From Gordius albopunctatus (taxonomy: Eukaryota), in contig OZ193909.1 of assembly GCA_964276515.1 (NCBI GenBank), positions 16,182,001 through 16,246,000 of the forward strand: a stretch of DNA of 64,000 bases, written 5' to 3'. This document shows positions 22,616 to 33,619 of this stretch, in pieces (positions within the stretch are counted from its first letter, which is position 1; each line of letters opens with the position of its first letter). The position numbers were made by a program, and so were the translations under genes. The notes under the pieces are model-generated. The model did not search any database, was not told the DNA's origin, and saw only the letters and a list, made by a program, of their open reading frames with translations.

Positions 22616-25600
22616 ATGGTGAAATCAATAATTGGCATTGATATCGGGACATCTAATGTTAAAATAAGCATTGTTTCCAGCGAGAAAGATCTATTATACT
22701 CCCACACCAAAGCATTTGATGCAAATATTGTGTATGATTCAGAAAAGCATGAACAAAATCCCTTGTTAATTTTATCTGCTTTATATGAATGCTGCGAAAA
22801 CATTCCAAAGTTACTTGCCAAAGACATAATTGGGATGGGCATATCAGGGCAAATGCATGGTTGCATGTTATGGAATAACCAACTAATTAACCATGAATGT
22901 ATAAAAATGATTCCTACATCTTGTGTTTCATCATTATATACATGGGAGGATAAAAGAATGCAATCCCTTATAGAAAAATTACCTAACCCATTATCTCCTA
23001 ATCAAGTTTATGCCGGGTATGGTTGTGTCACATTATATTGGTTAAGCACTCATCAGGATATATCATCTTCCTATGATTTAGCAGGCACAATTTCTGATTT
23101 TTTAACTTGGTACATCTGCAAATTGCATAAGCCTTGTATGTCTTATCATATGGCAACAAGTTGGGGATATTTTGATTCCATTACTAATAAATGGAATACT
23201 GAAATGCAAGTAAATATTGCAATTTTTATAAATAAATAAATAATAGATTAAATAAGATGAATATTCCCATATCATTTTTGCCAACTCCAGTTGCACCTGG
23301 AACTTTATTGGGACATCTTAATGTCAAACTTGGTCATATACCTTTAAATATTCCAGTTTATGTGGCTATGGGTGATTTGCAAACCTCAATATATGCATGC
23401 CTTTCTAAATCACAAAAAGCAAGTAACATATGTATGCTTATTTCATAATAATATTAGTGATTAATATGGGAACATCAGCGCAAGTTGCTTTTGCAATGCC
23501 CTCAAATTTTATACCTCCGTATTTAGAAAGAAGTCTTACTAAAAAGTTGCCTGAAAATGCCATAGAATACATACCTTATTTTGATGGTAAATATCTAGCC
23601 AGTGCCCCCTCTTTAAATGGTGGAAATATTTTGGCAATGTTTACTAACATGCTAAAAGATTGGCTCAGGTTTTTAGGTATTTTTTGAAATATTTAAAAAG
23701 CATGATTTCTTATTGATAGACTTTTTCAAATAACTCTATTTTTCTTGTAAATAAATGATTGCTAAATGAAAGAGATTATTTTTTATATGGCGATTGGAAT
23801 CTAAATTTGGACACCTGTTAGTGTTGGAATAAAGCTAAAATGGTTACTAACACATTGATAAAAAGTTTGGGAAAAAGTAGGAAATATAGAATAAGCTATT
23901 TTATAAATATGCCTTTTAACTTTAAATTCTAATATAACACACAATTGTTAGCGATATAAGAAGTAGTGTTGTGAAGTTGGTTTGGTTTGGGTGACTTTTT
24001 GTTTTGGTTGCCTAAACAAAAATACAACAAAGGTTTTTTGTGTATTTTTCTTAGTTGCATAAATATATTAAACCTTTGGTCTGTGTATGCTTAGTTGAAT
24101 ACCAAAAAAAACCCTGCCATTTTCACAACACTAATGAGAAGGTATTTCTTTGCTATTCAGTATCTGTTGTGGGTATGAATAATAAGCAAAGGACTTTTGC
24201 ACCCTACCTTAAGCAATTTATTTTAGTATATTTAATAAAATGTCATAAATGACCATTTTGAGCCCATGCTAACACCTTAAATTTTATGAAACAACTTATA
24301 TAAGCATTAACCCAATAAATATGCGATTAAAATATTTTTTGCAACTACAACCAAGATTTTTCTTTGTCCGAGCAAGAAATTTGGGACAAAATCGATTCAC
24401 AAATGTCCCAAATTTTGGTGGAAGAAGATGTATCAAATACACTGGTCATTAAACCTACGATATTTCCAGAACGCCACGCACCATACGAAACAGCTATCGT
24501 GCGCAATATCGCGCCTGAACACTTAACTTTTGGTTTACATTATAGGAATTGCATTGGAAATTGTGATTTTTATTAAAACATTAGTTTCCATGAGATTTAT
24601 ATATTAATTTTGATTGAGAATTTGGGTATTGATTTAAGTTTAAGGTTTCTTATAACCCGCCAGCTTTCGTTCTTTGGTTAGCAAAAGTTCTTACACTTTT
24701 AAAATATTAGTAATTTGTTATTATTAAAGAATTCTTGCTGACAATTTCGGTTGTTTTCAATATTTCCTGCGCAATTTTTAGAGTTTGAGATGAGTATTTA
24801 TTTGGTGGGAATTTGGGTTGGTTTTCAAAACTTTGTAAAAACTGTTAGTTTTTTTTGTACCTTAACAACACCCTAACCTTAATAATAATTTAATTTTATA
24901 AAAAATTAATAAAATGCGATCGTTTTATATATGTTACTATAGGTCTTGATATCTTGTAATTTTTGGATGAGTTTTGATTGAATAGAAACCGGGGGCTCAA
25001 ACACGATTTGTTTCAAGCATATTGTCGCAAATTGGCGCAAATTTAAAAACAAAAACAACTATCTTATATTATAGGCTAAAACATAGTTTGTTAATAAATG
25101 CTGTTACATTTGTTTCGTTACATTGGTATATATTAGTTGGCGGTTTTAAGTTTTAGTCGACTAAACTTAACCAGACTATGCATGGGCGTACCCAGGTTTT
25201 GAATTGGGGGGGGGGGAGGCAAAACGTTAAAAAGTTCATTTAGAGGGGGGCAAAACATAAACTTTTTTAATTTTTCAATGTTTTTGCATTGAAATTTTAT
25301 TTTCGTAGCCCCCCCCCTCCCCCTGGGTACGCTCATGAGACTATGTTTAGTCGGCTAAAATCAAAGGTTGACGTAACAAAACCCAGCCGTTTTACAACAC
25401 TAGTTAGTATATAGTTAAAATACAATTCAACAACGATTTATTTTTGGGTTTTTGACAGAAAAAACATTCGTAGCCATTTGCAAAGGTATCGTACAAAACC
25501 TTGTCTCCATGATGCCCAGAGAATTTTTGACGGAAAATGGTATTACAGAAATCATTTGTATGGGCAAAGCTCTGACCAAAAACCCCCTTCTACAGCGAGA

Positions 25601-26144
25601 AGTATTGATGGAATTTTAAAATAAATTTTTAATATTTCATTAATATATAGAATTTTTGTAAATATATCCACTCGTCCGCTAAATAAAGTCCTTAATAATG
25701 ACGTAATATTAATGAAAAATTTATCATTCTTTTGTTCAAAACAAAATAATCGTCATATTTCTGGCCTGAACCACTCCTTTTTCTAAACGCTTAATTTACT
25801 TTTTTACAATTACAATTAGCTCAACCAGCATCATTGATATAAAAAAAATAAAACATAATTCTATGGAATATAGAATTATTTATTAATTTTATATATATTA
25901 GCTTTTGTTTAATTAAGTTTAAATAAAATTTGATTTGAATGATCTTATTATCTTAGTTTTTTGAAATATAATGTTTTTTTCTTAATGTTATATTTTAATA
26001 CCTTTTTTTCAATTTAATTAAAGCCTTATATTTGTTTAGATCCATAAACAATACGGGGTTACAGTTCAATGTCCAAATACCAGCATTGACTCTTCATATG
26101 GGGCAGCTTTGGCTGTTATCAATAATTTTAAAATTGACCTGTGA
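22616..26144 (+). CDS. SHPK: Sedoheptulokinase (FGGY carbohydrate kinase family)
   Basis: Exons 22616-23205, 23247-23422, 23458-23676, 24356-24532, 25459-25601, 26040-26144. Motifs GIDIGTS, GISGQMHG, LYTWEDKR, GYGCVTLYWL, GDLQ, INMGTSAQ, SLNGGN, PERH, CKGIVQNL..MMP, DSSYGAALA. Confidence 0.93.
23964..24133. mobile_element. hAT-type MITE (tagtgttgtgaa TIR)
   Basis: TIRs tagtgttgtgaa / ttcacaacacta; TSD ataagaag / atgagaag. Confidence 0.8.
25181..25337. mobile_element. catggg-family hAT MITE nested in a ...ttttacaacacta-family element (~25135-25402)
   Basis: TIRs catgggcgtacccagg / cctgggtacgctcatg; TSD agactatg. The host repeat resembles 44817-44910, 49680-49874 and 53090-53201. Confidence 0.88.
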
Positions 26145-27322
26145 TTTTTAATATCTAATTTTGTTTTTCCCGTGGTTTTATAAGTCGCAAATTCATTTTT
26201 GTTATTTTTTAATTTATGAAAATAAAGCTTCTTAAGTTGTTCTGATTTATTCAATATTCAACTAAGATATCCTAACTTTATATGTTCGTTGTTACAAATA
26301 AAAATTGTCGCACTAATTTTTTTTATTAATTGGAATGTTTAAACCTTTCTATTTTACTATAATGTAATAACGATTATTTTATATTTAGGCTAATATAACT
26401 TATAAAATTACTCGAATGATCATTATGCGTGAAAGGTTCAATAAAGCTTAATTTGTTTGAAATGAGGATTATGGTTTCAAACCAATTATTATAGTTAACT
26501 CTAACTTCACCATAAGGTTTAAAAATTGCAACCTGACTACAACTGAAATTCTTTAACTATTCATCAGGTCAGGGTATAAATAGCACAATGTGGCGAAATT
26601 TTTCCTTGTTAAATTTTACTTTTGAATCTTTGCCGCATATGTTTTTGCTTTAATAGCCTTGTCTAAAAGTAGGGAATAAGGTACCTTTCATACAGTAATT
26701 GTCTTTGCGCAATTTTTAAGGCCTGCAGAGGATTTTGGGTCGAGCAAATTATAATTAATTAATTTGGCACTTTTTCACAAAAATCTTTTAATATATTTAT
26801 ATTAGAGACAGTTTTTTTAAATTAATAACGTAGGGCAAGCCTAAAACATGTGAACCCCAATTTTTTTAAGAAAACGAAGTCACATATCGTTACCTGAGAA
26901 TCGGAGTGCTCTATCTGCAATTTTTGAAAATTTTTAAGTAAAAGTGCTATACGGTAAAATTTTATCATACTTTTTAAAATGTGAATAAATATTTTTTCGC
27001 TTCGCTATTAAGGTTCTTATTTTGCGCTTTCTGGAAATTTAAAATAAATTGTTTTGTTCTATCTGCAATTACCCAATCCCAGGCGCTCATTTAATCACGT
27101 GAATTTATCTTCTGCCTTTAAATTTTATTTACACAATGTCTCTAAAACTACTTTCTTACTGTCGTATGTCAAACAATGAGAAAATAAGAATTTCGGATGA
27201 AGATGAGTAAAATTAATATAAAAAATACATCCCTAACTATCATAAGTTTCGAGGTGATAAATCAAAAAATTGTAAATGATGATTGTCAGATAAAATCCAA
27301 TGCGCTAAATTATTAAATACAA

Positions 27323-28825
27323 TCTATATATATAAAAATCTCAGTACCGTTTTTTTGTGCGCTAATAACTTTTGAAGTTCTCAACGGATTGCCACCAAAT
27401 TTGGCCAGATTATTGCCTTAGCATTGTAGATGGTTTGTAAACACTTTTTATCACACTACGACAGCGGGAACCATGTTTTTTAATTTGATTGGCGCCATCT
27501 AGCGGATTATTTATACTGCGTTGTTTGTACTTATTTATCGTTATGGTGCTACTTTTTGCCTTGAACTTTTTTCTATGATTGCTTTGTCATTTGTGTCTCA
27601 ATATTTTACTTAACTACGCCCGTTTTCTTTACAATATATAAATCTGTAACAAATAAATATTCTAGATACCGTAATACATCACCATTTACTTAAATAAATA
27701 TAACGCGCGCTTTAAAACAGCTTTCCACATTTCGTTTTTTTTTGCTATTTTTACGAAATTTTTTTATATTACAACTTTCCCTATTTTCTTAATAATTTGT
27801 AAGGCTTGGGGGCCAATGTTTGTTAGGGTGGTTGTTGCAATGGAACCAAAAATTATAGTATTGTTAATTTCAGAGTAATTGAAAATTTCCGAATGGACAG
27901 GGAATATTTGTTGTGATAGGATGGGGCGAATACGTCCGTACATCTATAGTCCCATGCTAAAATGAGTCCTTTTTCCCAAGCGCCTATAGATTGGCCAGCG
28001 GGTTGTTTGCTATCTTCACAGAGGCCTGTGAGATAAGTTTGTTAACCGCGGTATGTCAAAGATACCGGGCTTTGTTGCTATTACAGTGTAGACCATGATG
28101 GCAATTTGATTTTAGGGAATTATTGCAAAGTTAAGAAATTTGTTCAGCAACTATTTTGTCCTAATATTAGGCCTCGGATATCGTTGTTCGATGATAGTAG
28201 ACCGAGGTTGCGACTTGGGAAAGCTTTGGGTCATTCTTGACCTGAGCGTGGAGCTAAGCTCCTAAGCGCTGGAAATTCCTCTGCCGAAGCGCCATAAATA
28301 AGAGACTTTAAGAGGCACTCGGACAGGGGGCCATTCCAACACTTTTGAGTGTTTACTCAGGGGTTTGATAGATTGTAAACGACTTCATTAAACCAAATTT
28401 TAATGTGTTTTTCTACAATCTTTTCATTTTATTACTGTAGATTTCAGGCTATGACGATACACAACTATACACGATTTACTAAAATTTATCTCTGAATTGT
28501 CAAACATTATCATCATTGTCAAACATTATCATTGACTTTTGTATATTAGTGGTTTATAAACACTTTTGTCACTCAACTATTCATGTTATCGCTAAACATC
28601 GCTACCTAATAATATTTAAAACTTTTATAAATCTATTTGATTAATAATAAATATGGCTTTTTTATTGAGCTAATATTTATTTGCATAATATAAAAATATA
28701 TTTTCTCACATCACAAACTCTCTTTCAGCTGACCCAAATTCTTTCATATATTTTCTATTGATAGGTACCAATTATTTAGCCAAATAAGTACTAAGCCAAA
28801 GCAACGCTTGGCCAGGCACAGCTAG
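27323..28825 (+). mobile_element. Non-autonomous Helitron-like element
   Basis: 5' TCTATATATATAAAA; 3' hairpin gccaaagcaacgcttggc followed by CTAG; sits between A and T with no TSD. Same 3' end as 62576-62650. Confidence 0.8.
27790..28380 (-). mobile_element. Degenerate CRE-like RLE fragment inside the Helitron
   Basis: Minus strand reads HTAVNKLI..GLCEDSKQPAGQSIGAWEKGLILAWDYRCTDVFAPS. Confidence 0.7.
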
Positions 28826-28898
28826 TGATTAATAAAATTATAATAATTTTAGGCTTTGTAGCTAGAGGTCTGCATGGGCCGGGTCTGAAATAGAGCAA

Positions 28899-28943
28899 TA
28901 AACTGATGAGCTCTAATAAGAGCGAAAACGTTATATGTCTGTA
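28899..28943 (+). ncRNA. Degenerate minimal type I hammerhead ribozyme motif
   Basis: CTGATGA-GCTCT(aata)AGAGC-GAAA(A)CG-ttata-TGTC-tgta. Core and stem II are intact; there is an extra A and a mismatch in stem I. Confidence 0.5.
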
Positions 28944-29099
28944 AATTTTCCAGTCACATTCTAATAAAGATAATAGGGATATATTTACTCAAATTGGTCT
29001 TAATTAAAATTGCATATAGATGGCGCTAATTAGAGTGTACTTTAAGTTGATTGCGGCACTCTTAAATGGGAGCAATTAATCTAACAAAATTTTTGACCT

Positions 29100-29284
29100 A
29101 TTAACGGGCCAGGCAGGGTTCGGGCAGAAAATTTTAAACAAATCTGACCTCTGTTTGGGATCCCATAAACTCGGAAACGTGCAAATTAAAGTTTTGGGCC
29201 AGGCGATTCGGGCGGACATTTAGAAGGGTTCGGGCGGGCTAAAAAATTAATCGGGCAGAAAATTTCAAACAAATCTGACCTCTG
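29100..29284. mobile_element. Two tandem right ends of the cagaggtcagatttg-family hAT MITE
   Basis: cgggcagaaaattt..aaacaaatctgacctctg occurs twice, ending at 29153 and 29284. Confidence 0.7.
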
Positions 29285-29429
29285 ACGTGTTCTGACGATC
29301 CTGTTGACTTAGAGATCTACAAATTGAAATCAAGCGCCCAAGCCTCAGTTTCGCACGTTAAAAATGTTAACCAAATGAAATAAGCTTCGTAAAAACTACG
29401 ATGGCTCTTTTTGAATAAGTCGTCCAATA

Positions 29430-29700
29430 TGATCAATCCAGCTGAGGTGTGCAATACTAAACAATTATCTATTGGTGAGGCAGATATGGATATCGAATAC
29501 TTATCTTGAATTAAATTTAAAACCTGAAGATGCCCAGCTAGATGTAATTTTATGGTGGAAAGAACACCAACTTATGCTACCAAACTTAACAAAATTAGCT
29601 ATTCAATGTTTGTAAATTCAAGCCAACAGTGCTACGAGTGAACGCACATTCAGTAAGGCAATTCGCCTTATAGAATAGACAAGAACGAAATTATCTTATA
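29430..29700 (+). pseudogene. hAT transposase C-terminal dimerisation domain remnant (Ac/ZBED type)
   Basis: DVILWWKEHQLMLPNLTKLAIQCL*IQANSATSERTFSKA, with in-frame stops. Confidence 0.85.
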
Positions 29701-30285
29701 TTTTTAAGTGACAATATTAAATTTTTAATTAAAACCAATTTTATATGCTATCGCTAAATTATTTTTGAACAATAAAAAAATGGTTTTTCTACAAATAAAT
29801 AATTTTAAAACAACGTAGAGTTGTTATTAGTCTATGGCTTAGATAAAATAATTAAATCTGAGGACTGTCTAGTCACCTTATATATATATAAGTTATATTA
29901 CAAATATTTTTATGTGTTTGGACGAATTAAGAGGAACATATCCAGATGATGGGGAGATTTTGCAGACCTCTGATTTTATCATAGTGTCTAAGGTAACAAG
30001 AAGCGTGTTTTTTCTTTTTAATTTTCGAATTACGGTCCAAATTTTAATCAGATGTGTTCTGGCTGCTAAATTATTTTTTAATTTTATTATAACTAACATT
30101 GCTAAATATTAGACTTTAATTATTTAAATATATTTCCCTGTAAAATTATAAAGGTGATTATAGTCTAAAACTAATAGCCATGAACAGGGTCTCACACGAA
30201 ATATTGCATATATTAACAAAGCGGGTAAATTGCAGGAAAATGGATATAAATTGCGGGTGTTGTCAATATGGTTGCTACAATTCAA

Positions 30286-30575
30286 ACAAAAACTGCTTGC
30301 TTTATAATAACTGATAAAAAATAGCGAAATCCGGGCAAGGTTATCGCCCATGAATTTATAAATAAGTTGGCTAGATTTAAATTTAGAGCGGGTTTAAATA
30401 TAATTATACTACAATGTCAATCTGTTTAATGTTTAACCAAGATTCGCATGCCTTATATGGTTACACCAATTTAAAGAAAAAATTGCTCACTTTATAATAA
30501 TGATAAAAAATAGCAAAATCAACGAAAAGGTTGATTGCTATAAATTTATATAATTTGGCTAATTTTAGATTTAAC
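30286..30575. repeat. Degenerate direct duplication (~100-bp unit, ~190-bp period)
   Basis: tttataataa.tgataaaaaatagc.aaatc...aaggtt...aatttata...ttggcta at ~30290 and ~30480. Confidence 0.65.
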
Positions 30576-30682
30576 TACAGTCTGTGAGCCAGGGTTCGCA
30601 TGGTTCTGGGCCTACTTTGTTGTGCGATTATATCTCCCCTCATTTGCAACTTATGTCCTAAAATGGAGAGCAAACACGATTA

Positions 30683-32859
30683 TTTTTTTCCTATAGCTGT
30701 TTGTCACATTTGGTGGTCAGCTCCTTCAAGTAGGTTCTCCATGTATTCCTGCACTTACACCAGCTTCGCTTTAGCTCGTACCTTCTCAAGTCCATATCTA
30801 TTTTATGCTTCCATGTCAGTTTAGGCCTCCCTCTCTTTCGCTTACCTTCGACTTGCACTTTCTTGATACGATTTGCCAAGTGACTTTCCTCCCGTCTCTC
30901 CAAATGGCCATACCATCTCAATCTTCTTACCACCTACTTTCTCTGAATTGGAACTACATTTAGTTTATCCCTTATGTCTTGATTCCTTATGTGGTCCTTC
31001 ATTCGCATCTCCATTGTAGCCAAGCTTTGCTCCTCTTTTGCCCTAATTGCCCAGGTTTCCGCTCCATACAATACCGTGGGTACAATAACGGTGTTATATA
31101 ACAATCCTTTCAATTTGAGTGGTATGTGTTTGTCACATAATACACCACTCAACTCCCTGAATTCGCCAGCCTGCGTTTATTCTTTCCTTAATTTCATTTT
31201 CTACGCCCCATCACATTGTACCATAGAACCAAGATATTTGAATTCCTTCCCACTGCGTAAACACCAGTCATCAATTTTCAGGTGTGTTTCATTGTATTCA
31301 TTATCCGATTCTAACCATACATATTCAGTTTTATCGGTTGACCCTAAGGCTTTTGCTTTCAATTCGCTCCATATACACCTTTACCTGCTCTGCTAACTCA
31401 TTTGAGTCTGCCCATAGCACTATATCATCCGCAAAGAGCATTGCCCAAGGGGATTCGCGTTTTAGGTCCTTAGTTATCAAATCCATTATTGTTATGAAAA
31501 GCAATGGACTTAGTGGTGATTCTTGATGCACACCGACATTTAGACTGAATCAATTTGCTGTACCGATGGATGTCCAAACTTTGGTTTTGCGTTTCTATAC
31601 ATATCCTTTATTAACATTATATAAGCGTCGGGTAGACCATTGGAACTCAGGCTATCCCATATCAACTGCCTTGTCACTTTATCGAAAGCTTTCTTAAGAT
31701 CGATGAAACACACATGAAGATCCTTTTGTTTTTCCTTATATAATTCCATAAGTCTCCTAAGACCATGTATTGCATCTGAAGTCGACTTTCCAGGCATGAA
31801 CCCAAATCGTCGTTTATCTATTGATATTATTTTTTAGAGTCTAGCTTCTATAAACTTTTCCCACACCTCCATTACGTGACTCGTTAACTTTATACCTCGA
31901 TAGTTGTTGCATTCTTGTACATCTCCCTTCATTTTATAGATAGGTATAACATAGCTTTCCCTCCACTCATCAGGCATCATACCACTTGCAAGTATTTTGT
32001 TAAACAGCTTTGCAAGTAGTTGTACACCTAAGAATATTTACAATTTTAAATGAAGAAAAAATAGTTTTTGGTTATTATTTAAAAAAAAATAAGATTTTTT
32101 TTATATAAAAATTTAATTAATTGTTAAACATGTATATTACTCGATGACGCCATCTATATGCTTATAAATTTTATCATTTAAAATTGTAAATATTTAAAAA
32201 GTTTGACGCATCTTGAAAAAGGAAAATAGTTAAAGTAAAATAAAAATTTATTCTTAAATTTATCGCATAAAATAAGAGATTTTTATCAGGTTAACCTGAG
32301 GTCAACCTGGGTTTCAGGTTGGGGATAAAATTGACCTGAAGGTTTTTCAGGTTGATATTCGGGATCAACCTCAGGTTAAGGTTCGGGTGTTCAAAAACCT
32401 GGTAAGGTTTTAGAACGCCCGAACCTGAACCCTCAGGTTGCCTGATCAAAACCTAGGTTTTGATCATCACAACTACATTAATCATTTGACCTTCTATGCA
32501 TAGTTTCAACATCATGAGTGGCCCACTTTTTCTTTGTACCTAAATGACTTTATCTTGCAGATGGGAAGCTAATATGATTGCCACGCCATTTTTATTCGTT
32601 TCTAGGCCATTGAAGTAAAGTTTATAGCCTTCGCCTATCATCCTTACTTTTTCGCCTTTCCATCTTGTTTCCTGTATACACGCTATATCGATGCGTCGCT
32701 TGCTGAGGGTGTCAGCAACTTCTCGGCATTTTGCAGTCATCGTTCCAACATTTAGAGAGCCTACTCTCAATCTCGTCTTTAGCAAACTAGTTTCTTTAAC
32801 TATATGCGTTTGCGAGAGATTTAGTGACCCTCGTTGACTTTTCACATGATACGGGCGCC
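30683..32859 (-). mobile_element. RTE-clade LINE, family A: RT and 3' end at 30683-32030, APE N-terminus at 32475-32859; continues at 39014-39450
   Basis: RVGSLNVGTMT..IACIQETRWKG (APE); MPDEW, NYRGIKL, FMPGKSTSDAI, FIDLKKAFD, MLFADD; 3' end nearly identical to the 21-kb copy. An unrelated TIR-element remnant occupies 32030-32470. Confidence 0.92.
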
Positions 32860-33619
32860 TAGTGTTTCGATCTCGTCTCGGTCTCGAAAGCAAAATCTCG
32901 TCTCGTCTCGGGAGCGATTATGAAAATTTCGATCTCGTCTCGGTCTAAAAAAATCTCGATCTCGTCTCGGCGAGGATTCTCGTTCGGTCTCCACTTTAAA
33001 CAAAATGTATATGGAATAAAAATTTCTTTTGTTTTACTAAAAATATTAAGTAAGTGTTTGAGGAAAATGCAAATGGCAAGTCTTTATATTTTTTAAAAGC
33101 ATTACAACACAAACTTTTTAAAGATTTAGCGCTACACGACATCTCAATGACAATAATAAGATATGAATTAATTGTTAAAGATAACATTTTATATGGAAAG
33201 TACAAATTAAAAAAACTATAAATGACATTGAAGTAAAGAACGAAAGGAGCATAGTAAAATTGTGCATTAAATTTAGAACTTAATGATCGTTTAAAGTAAG
33301 AATTTACTTTATTTAATAATAAAAAAGGGTAACGACAATAGTTCGTAAAATGGTAAGAAGTTTTTTAAACTCCTTTATATACTCGCGGATTAATTCAATA
33401 AATCAATTACATTTAGTGGTGAATCTGCGAGGTATATTTGATTGGTAAATTAGCGTCGCGAAGCTAAGGTCATGTAAATGAGTCAATTAACGTCGCGAAG
33501 TAGTAAGGTAATAGATGCAACATTATAGTGGTGTTTAATGACACTTTTTAGATATAAGTTTAACCCAGTACTCTTGTGAGTGTTTTAAAACTGAAAATTA
33601 GGCAAATTGAGATCCTTAT

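Noticed and set aside
22616..26144. SHPK as a bacterial horizontal transfer
   Set aside because: It has spliceosomal introns and animal-type SHPK motifs; nothing points to HGT.
26532..26574. Minus-strand cctgac-CTGATGA...GAA...TA-gtcagg hammerhead-like arrangement
   Set aside because: Stem I pairs, but stem II does not form and GAAA and stem III are missing; this could be chance.
29893..30351. Short ORFs near 30 kb as a gene
   Set aside because: No consistent splice model or recognisable domain; they lie among TE debris.
31950..31980. CTGATGA...GAAA on the minus strand
   Set aside because: It is RTE coding sequence (MPDEWRES) and has no stem II.
32860..32995. tctcgtctcg arrays as a CRISPR-like repeat
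   Set aside because: They are irregular subterminal repeats of a hAT element, with no spacers or cas genes, in a eukaryote.
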